From an uncultured delta proteobacterium (GTDB lineage: Bacteria; Desulfobacterota; Desulfobacteria; Desulfobacterales; B30-G6), in assembly GCA_963823335.1 (NCBI GenBank), contig CAWGLD010000006.1, positions 64,001-128,000 on the forward strand: a DNA stretch of 64,000 nucleotides, read 5' to 3'. The position numbers were made by a program, and so were the translations under genes. Position 1 is the first letter of the stretch; the number at the start of each line of letters is the position of its first letter. Shown in pieces: positions 57,977 to 64,000 of the stretch. The notes below the pieces were generated by a model. That model had not been told where the DNA came from and ran no database searches. It was given only the letters and a program-made list of their open reading frames with translations.

Positions 57977-59998
57977 ATGAAATCACGCATTGAACTGTAC
58001 CCCACCGCCCACAACCCTCTCTTGATCAAACCGGATCGTGGATTGCCCACCGCCGCTGCCGTTATTGGGGCCGGTACCATTGGTCCCGATATTGGCTATT
58101 TTCTAAAAAGCGCCCTGCCAAATATGCCCCTTACCCTTGTGGATGTCGATGACAAACCCCTAAAGGCGGCAGAAAAACGATTGGCCGCTTATGCGGCAAA
58201 GGCTGTCGAGCGAAGAAAAATGCGACCGGAACAGGCAAAAACCGTTTTGAAAGACATCCGCTACACCACGGATTACCAGCAGCTCAAAAATTGTGATCTG
58301 GTCATCGAAGCGGCAACGGAAAACATACCTTTGAAACAGAAAATCTTTGCTCAAGTTGAAAATATTGTCAGTCAAGACACCATCATTACATCCAACACCA
58401 GCTCCATCCCGGCCGACCGTTTATTCATGAAAATGAAACACCCGGAACGAACCTCGGTCACCCATTTTTTTGCGCCTGCATGGCGGAGTCTTCCCGTGGA
58501 AGTTATCTCATGGCCTGGCGCCTCTCAGAAAACCATTGATTATCTTTTCTGGTTTCTGGCAAAAACCGGCAAAGCACCCATCGTGACGGACAATGCCATC
58601 TGTTTTGTCCTGGATCGTATTTTCGACAACTGGTGCAATGAATCCGCGTTCCTCCTGAGCCAGGCGACGGCCAGTCAAATTGACAGGGTGGCCGAAGAAT
58701 TTGTTTTTGCCGGCCCTTTTTTTGTACTGAACATGGCCAACGGCAATCCCATTATTATTGAAACAAATACTCTGCAGATGGAGGAAGGAGATCATTACAA
58801 ACCAGCACCGATACTTCATTCCGTCGATCGCTGGGCAACCCATCGTCCCGGTAGCGGGCCTGAGATCCCTGAAAATCTTCACACCGCCATTCGAGATCGA
58901 CTGCTGGGCATTCTGTTTTCTCAGTCATTTGATATTATCGACAGGGGCATCGGCACTCTGGCAGATCTCAATTTCGGTTGCCAGATTGCCCTGGGATTTA
59001 AAGAAGGCCCCCTTGATGTTATGAAACGGCTGGGAAAGACCGAAGTACATCGCATTATGACACGTTTTCAAGAAGACCGCCCAGGATTTCCTGAGGCTGC
59101 CCAGCCATTTGAAACCTATCAATCGTTTCATCGATACATTCTGACGGACGACATGGACGGTGTAAAGATTATCACCATCCGTCGTCCCCAGGCAATGAAT
59201 GCCCTCAATGACGATGTAACCGAAGAAATATGCCAGGTGCTGGCATCCAGCGAAAAGGACCCTGCCGTAAAAGGGTTTGTCATTACAGGGTTCGGTAGCA
59301 ACGCTTTCTCAGCGGGTGCCGACATCGGCAAGTTTCCGACCATGCTGGGAGATAAGGATGCATCTATGCAGTATGCCAGGGATTGCGCTAAAGTCCAGTG
59401 CTACATGGATCAAATGAACAAACCCGTGGTCGCAGCCCTCAATGGCTTGGCCATGGGAGGTGGACTGGAGGTCGCCATTCGGTGTCATGGTATTGTTTCG
59501 GTTGAAAAGGCAGTTCTGCAATTTCCGGAAATCACGTTGGGTATTCTGCCCGGTATTGGCGGTTGTGTGGTGCCTTACCGTAAGTGGCCCCAGGGGGCAG
59601 CGCTCTTTCATGAAATGATTCTGTTTGGAAAGCCGGTCCCGGCGACAACAGCCGCTGAGATGGGAATCATCAATGGTCTTGTCAAGGATCCGGCGGATCT
59701 GATAGCTGCGGCTATCAAAGAGGTTCAGCGGCTCCAAAACAACATACCGAGAATCAGTAACGCCGCCGTTGACATCCCTGAGATATCGATTCCGGAATCG
59801 CCTGCTGCCGGCAAACAGCTCCTGAGTAAGGAAGCCGTTTCCATTACCGCTGATACCATTCGAAAGGCATCGGCTGCCGACGATCTCGAAACAGCACTGG
59901 AGATAGGGTATGAGGGTTTCGGCGATATCGCCTGCTCTGCTGCCGCCAAAGAAGGAATATCCGCATTTCTACAAAAACGAAAACCGAACTTCAAATAA
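57977..59998 (+). CDS. 3-hydroxyacyl-CoA dehydrogenase / enoyl-CoA hydratase fusion
   Basis: GAGTIG, SNTSS, HFFAP; C-terminal FSAGADI, GGGLE, FPEITLG. Confidence 0.92.
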   Translation: MKSRIELYPTAHNPLLIKPDRGLPTAAAVIGAGTIGPDIGYFLKSALPNMPLTLVDVDDKPLKAAEKRLAAYAAKAVERRKMRPEQAKTVLKDIRYTTDYQQLKNCDLVIEAATENIPLKQKIFAQVENIVSQDTIITSNTSSIPADRLFMKMKHPERTSVTHFFAPAWRSLPVEVISWPGASQKTIDYLFWFLAKTGKAPIVTDNAICFVLDRIFDNWCNESAFLLSQATASQIDRVAEEFVFAGPFFVLNMANGNPIIIETNTLQMEEGDHYKPAPILHSVDRWATHRPGSGPEIPENLHTAIRDRLLGILFSQSFDIIDRGIGTLADLNFGCQIALGFKEGPLDVMKRLGKTEVHRIMTRFQEDRPGFPEAAQPFETYQSFHRYILTDDMDGVKIITIRRPQAMNALNDDVTEEICQVLASSEKDPAVKGFVITGFGSNAFSAGADIGKFPTMLGDKDASMQYARDCAKVQCYMDQMNKPVVAALNGLAMGGGLEVAIRCHGIVSVEKAVLQFPEITLGILPGIGGCVVPYRKWPQGAALFHEMILFGKPVPATTAAEMGIINGLVKDPADLIAAAIKEVQRLQNNIPRISNAAVDIPEISIPESPAAGKQLLSKEAVSITADTIRKASAADDLETALEIGYEGFGDIACSAAAKEGISAFLQKRKPNFK

Positions 59999-60031
59999 AT
60001 TCGCTACGCGAATTTATTTTCAGGAGGTATA

Positions 60032-61888
60032 ATGAAAGAAGATTTTTTTCTCGGTAACGGAGCCATCGCGCTGGGCCTTCTGGAAGCCGGATGCCAGGTA
60101 CTCACATCTTATCCGGGAACACCTAGTTCGGAGATACTGCCCGAAGCGGTCCGTTTGATAAAATCTGAAAAACTCAATACCTATGTGGAATGGTCTACCA
60201 ATGAGAAAGTGGCCCTGGACAATGCATACGCTGCCGCCATTAGCGGCAAACGATCGGCATGTATCATGAAGCAGGTAGGTCTGAACGTTGCAGCAGATTC
60301 GCTGATGAGTGCGGCTTATCTGGGAACCGTGGGGGGGCTGGTCATTATCTCCTGTGACGATCCCGGCCCGCATTCATCTCAGACGGAGCAGGATACACGC
60401 CTGATGGCCCGCTTGGCGAAAGTCCCGGTACTGGATCCGTCTAACCCGCAGGAGGCTCGGGAGATGGTTATAACTGCCTTCGAACTTTCAGAAAAATACA
60501 GACTGCCGGTTATTCTGAGACCGGCTATCCGGGTATGTCATGCCAGGCAAAACCTGACCTGGGACAGCCTCCAGGCCAACCATCGCCCAGCTGAATTTAA
60601 AAAGGATCCCTTGCGTTGGGCCGCCACGCCAAAATATCGATTTCTGCTCCACAAAGAGCTCAATAACAAGTTGAAAAAAATTGCACAAGAATTCGACGAT
60701 CTAAAGCCCTACAACACACATGATCTGAAGCCTGGAATGCATTTCCCTTTGGGTATTATTGCCGGCGGGGTTCCAAGTTCCGTTGTTAAAGACATTTTAA
60801 ATGACTATGGGCGCACAGATATCCCTATACTGAAAATCGGGGCGCCCTACCCCTTTCCCGACAGCCTCGCCATGACATTTTTACAGGCATGCGACAGGGT
60901 TCTGGTGATTGAAGAAACCGATACGCTGATTGAATACTGTCTGCGGAATCGCGCAAAGGTTTTAGGCCGTTTCACCAGTCATGTCCCGTCTGAAGGTGAG
61001 CTGGTGCCCGAGAAAGTTGAAGGAGTTCTGGAAGCGGTTTTGGCAGAACTCGATCTGCCAAAACTGAACAGCGATTCTCTGGATACTGCCCAGGCTCTCG
61101 TAAACAGTCTTGAACTGCCCATACGAAAACCGACCCTCTGTTCAGGGTGTATGCACCGGTCAGTCTTTTACAGCATTCGCAAGTCCCGTCCCAAGGCAAT
61201 TTTTACCTCCGATATCGGATGTTATACACTGGGTCTCAATCTGGGAAGCGTGGACACGGTTCTGGACATGGGCGCCTCCATCACCATGGCTTCAGGGTTT
61301 TACCATGCCTATGCACAGGATGGTAAGCAGCAACCGATCGTTGCGACCATCGGCGACTCTACCTTTTACCATTCCGGACCTGCCGGCCTGTTGAACGCCG
61401 TCTACAATGATGCCCGATTTGTACTGGTAATTCTGGACAATATGACAACCGCCATGACAGGCATGCAGCCGACCCCATCACTTGGAATACGGGCCGACGG
61501 CAGCAAAGGCAAACAGATACCGCTCGAGAGACTCATAGCAGGATGTGGTATCGACTTCATAGAGGTGATCGACCCCTATGGGCTGAAAGATCTGCACAAA
61601 ACACTCAAGAAAGCGTTTGCCTACGTAAAGGACCCTGATGGTGGTATTGCCGTCGTCATAGCCCGTCATGCTTGCGTCATTGCATACAGGGATCTGGCAA
61701 TCCAAAACAGAAAGGAAGTTACCATAACCGATGAGTGTATTGCGTGCAACCACTGCATAGAACGATTCGAATGTCCAGCCCTTTATCATGACGCCCATAA
61801 CGATAAAACGGCTATCAATCCGGCGCTGTGTATCGGATGCGCCGTCTGCGTTGATGTTTGCCCCAAACAGGCGATTGTGGCTAAATAG
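60032..61888 (+). CDS. iorA: Indolepyruvate:ferredoxin oxidoreductase alpha subunit
   Basis: YPGTPSSEI, NEKVA, MKQVGLNVA, SDIGCY, GDSTF, C-terminal ferredoxin Cys motifs. Confidence 0.93.
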   Translation: MKEDFFLGNGAIALGLLEAGCQVLTSYPGTPSSEILPEAVRLIKSEKLNTYVEWSTNEKVALDNAYAAAISGKRSACIMKQVGLNVAADSLMSAAYLGTVGGLVIISCDDPGPHSSQTEQDTRLMARLAKVPVLDPSNPQEAREMVITAFELSEKYRLPVILRPAIRVCHARQNLTWDSLQANHRPAEFKKDPLRWAATPKYRFLLHKELNNKLKKIAQEFDDLKPYNTHDLKPGMHFPLGIIAGGVPSSVVKDILNDYGRTDIPILKIGAPYPFPDSLAMTFLQACDRVLVIEETDTLIEYCLRNRAKVLGRFTSHVPSEGELVPEKVEGVLEAVLAELDLPKLNSDSLDTAQALVNSLELPIRKPTLCSGCMHRSVFYSIRKSRPKAIFTSDIGCYTLGLNLGSVDTVLDMGASITMASGFYHAYAQDGKQQPIVATIGDSTFYHSGPAGLLNAVYNDARFVLVILDNMTTAMTGMQPTPSLGIRADGSKGKQIPLERLIAGCGIDFIEVIDPYGLKDLHKTLKKAFAYVKDPDGGIAVVIARHACVIAYRDLAIQNRKEVTITDECIACNHCIERFECPALYHDAHNDKTAINPALCIGCAVCVDVCPKQAIVAK

Positions 61889-62001
61889 AGGGTGGTTGAG
61901 GGTTAGAGGGGTTGGAGGGGTTCGGCTTTTGGTTACCCTTACAAGTGGCTCACCAATTACATGAGCCTAAGAATTCAGAAGTCAGAAGTTCGTAAAGCTC
62001 C

Positions 62002-62163
62002 AAATTGTTTTAATGCTGGAAACCGAATGAACATCGAACATCGAACGTCCAACATCGAATTTTGAATTTGAAAAGACGAACTAACAGAAATAATTTGGTA
62101 TTGGTTTTTTGTTTTCATTCAACATTGAACGTTCGATGTTCGATGTTGGACGTTGGACGTTCG
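62002..62163. repeat. Inverted pair of AACATCG heptamer arrays between iorA and iorB
   Basis: Forward array 62029-62067 and inverted array ~62112-62163. Confidence 0.85.
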
Positions 62164-62216
62164 TCTTTATCATGTCATCAGTAATAAATTAAGCATTCAA
62201 AACTGAAGGAGGCTAT

Positions 62217-62786
62217 ATGCCTACCATAAATTTTGTACTCAGCGGCCTGGGTGGCCAGGGCATCCTGTTTATGACCAAAATCATTGCCAATACGGCATTG
62301 CGTAAAGGCTACAATGTCATGGGAGCGGAAACACATGGCATGGCACAGCGAGGAGGCTCTGTCATTTCTCACCTCAGGTTAGGCAATGTCAACAGCAGCC
62401 TTGTCAAAACTGGTTCAGCACAGTTCCTGCTGGCTCTTGAAGAAAATGAAGCCTACCGCAATCTTCCCTTTCTTGCAAAAAACGGACACCTATACAGCGA
62501 CACGGTTTCAGGCGATTTTCCTATGCCGAAGGTCAAACCCTATCTTGATAAAATGGGTATACGATACGATGCCCTGCCGGCCGGCAAAATCGCTCTTGAA
62601 TTAGGTGCGCCTGTGTCCTCCAATCTGGCCATGATTGGCTTTTTTGCCGCATTTCAGGAGGGACCTTTTGCAGCGGATGATTTTCAAGAGACCATCGAGA
62701 GCATCAGTCCGGGACGATTCAAGGATATCAACTTGCGGGTTTTTGAAAAAGGTCTTTCTGCAGGTAATACGGCTAGAGCATTATGA
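62217..62786 (+). CDS. iorB: Indolepyruvate:ferredoxin oxidoreductase beta subunit
   Basis: GLGGQG, ETHGMAQRGGSV. Confidence 0.93.
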   Translation: MPTINFVLSGLGGQGILFMTKIIANTALRKGYNVMGAETHGMAQRGGSVISHLRLGNVNSSLVKTGSAQFLLALEENEAYRNLPFLAKNGHLYSDTVSGDFPMPKVKPYLDKMGIRYDALPAGKIALELGAPVSSNLAMIGFFAAFQEGPFAADDFQETIESISPGRFKDINLRVFEKGLSAGNTARAL

Positions 62787-62808
62787 CGATATAATTTCTA
62801 ATTAAAAA

Positions 62809-63008
62809 GATGAACGTCCAACATCGAACGCTGAACATCGAATGAAAACGAATAGTAAAGAGCACTCTGTAACAAGATGTGTCGGCGGGCTCAAGCCCCG
62901 TCGATAGGGGAAATGTGCTCGCTGCCGGCGTTCAATACCGACATCTGTTTCTTCATGTTACAAATTTAACATTCGATGTTGGACGTTCGATGTTCAATGT
63001 TCATTCGT
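62809..63008. repeat. Inverted pair of AACATCG heptamer arrays enclosing a REP-like hairpin
   Basis: Forward array 62809-62848, inverted array 62968-63008 overlapping the 3' end of the ligase gene. Confidence 0.8.
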
Positions 63009-64000
63009 AGTTCGGTTTTTCTGACCTTCCCAAGGGCGGTCCGGGGCAGTTCTTTTACGAAAGTTAATTGTTTTGGATGTTTGTAGCGTGCCAACCGTTC
63101 ATGGCAGTACCGCTGAACATCGGCTAATTCAAAGCTGCTTTCATTTTGCGGTATGACAAAGGCATGACCGGTGAATCCCCAGACTGCATCCGGCATGCCC
63201 ACGACGGCGATATCATCGATGCCATCCATTTCCCGTAATATAGCCTCCACTTCGGCAGGGTAAACGTTTTCGCCTCCGGAAATATACATATCGTCGACCC
63301 TGTCCACCAGGTAATAATAACCGTCTTGATCCACATATGCCAGGTCTCCGGTATGGAGATACCCATTTTTAATGGTTGCATCGGTTTGTTCAGGGTCCTG
63401 CCAGTATTCTTTCATCATAATGGATCCCCGAACGACAATTTCACCGATCTCTCCCGGGCTTACCCGACGGCCGCTCCTGTCAAGAATACTGACCTCGGCA
63501 TGGAAGACAGGTCTTCCAACTGTTCCTGGTCTATTCAAGGAAACATCTTCCGACGCCCACAAAAGAATGGATGTTTCTGTTTGACCCATGATCTGGCGGA
63601 ATCCAAATCCACTCGCCTTGCAGGCCTGAAATAACTCTTTGGATGTTTTTTCTCCGCCGCCTGCAATGGTCTTTAAGGACGACACATCCCTGCGTTGCTC
63701 GGGCGGGACATTGAGAAGTGATCGAAAGACCGTTGGCACACCTAAAAATTTGCTTACACGATATTTTTCGATGTCCCTGTAAACGGATACAGCATCAAAT
63801 TTTGTGTGAAGCAGAATGGTTGCGCCTTTGTAAAGGGTCGGTGCTGCCTGGATAAAAAGGCCGCCGGAGTGAAAAAGGGGTAGCACGATCAACATGATAT
63901 CATCAAAGTTGAGTTTGAAGAATATCTCCGCATTCAGGCAGTTAAAAAAAGTTTTTCTGTGGGAGAGCACGGCGCCCTTGGGTGCACCGGTTGTCCCGGA
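62966..64000 (-). CDS. Acyl-CoA synthetase (AMP-binding), 5'-truncated by the window edge
   Basis: SGTTGAPKG at the edge, GQTET, HTGD, SGGENVYPAEVE, LPRTALGK. Confidence 0.92.
   Translation of the reverse strand, partial: SGTTGAPKGAVLSHRKTFFNCLNAEIFFKLNFDDIMLIVLPLFHSGGLFIQAAPTLYKGATILLHTKFDAVSVYRDIEKYRVSKFLGVPTVFRSLLNVPPEQRRDVSSLKTIAGGGEKTSKELFQACKASGFGFRQIMGQTETSILLWASEDVSLNRPGTVGRPVFHAEVSILDRSGRRVSPGEIGEIVVRGSIMMKEYWQDPEQTDATIKNGYLHTGDLAYVDQDGYYYLVDRVDDMYISGGENVYPAEVEAILREMDGIDDIAVVGMPDAVWGFTGHAFVIPQNESSFELADVQRYCHERLARYKHPKQLTFVKELPRTALGKVRKTELRMNIEHRTSNIEC

Noticed and set aside
61970-63010. CRISPR array
   Set aside because: The units are 7-nt tandem repeats without unique spacers, and no cas genes are present.

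Overview
Gene-dense chromosomal window from what looks like a sulfate-reducing Desulfobacterota (Desulfobacterales-like) bacterium; the taxonomy is inferred from gene content and repeat style. It has five blocks. (1) Housekeeping: rapZ, PTS IIA, gap, tpiA, secG, tRNA-Leu(GAG). (2) An AT-rich islet of small genes with three sigma-54 promoters. (3) A HutC/GntR-associated gene run: transketolase, transaldolase-like protein, Ald, two PLP aminotransferases, Alr, a CapA-family protein, an Asp/Glu racemase, an ATP-grasp ligase and etfBA. (4) A methylamine/betaine module: an mttB trimethylamine methyltransferase with an in-frame TAG at the pyrrolysine position, a DeoR regulator, a membrane Fe-S oxidoreductase, a dimethylglycine-dehydrogenase-like enzyme and a second, non-Pyl MttB homolog. 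(5) A ~32 kb region matching the anaerobic indole-3-acetate (iaa) pathway: Mo hydroxylase, hydantoinase, B12 mutase, CoA ligase and transferase, beta-oxidation genes and a TRAP transporter. It carries extras not in the described pathway (biotin carboxyltransferase, IorAB, TrpB2/SerA), and two of its promoter regions share a GntR-type palindrome. Intergenic DNA holds several small repeat families, including a 146-bp MITE and heptamer/octamer arrays, one pair bracketing a decayed four-helix-bundle gene. All functional calls come from motif recognition by eye; no searches were run.
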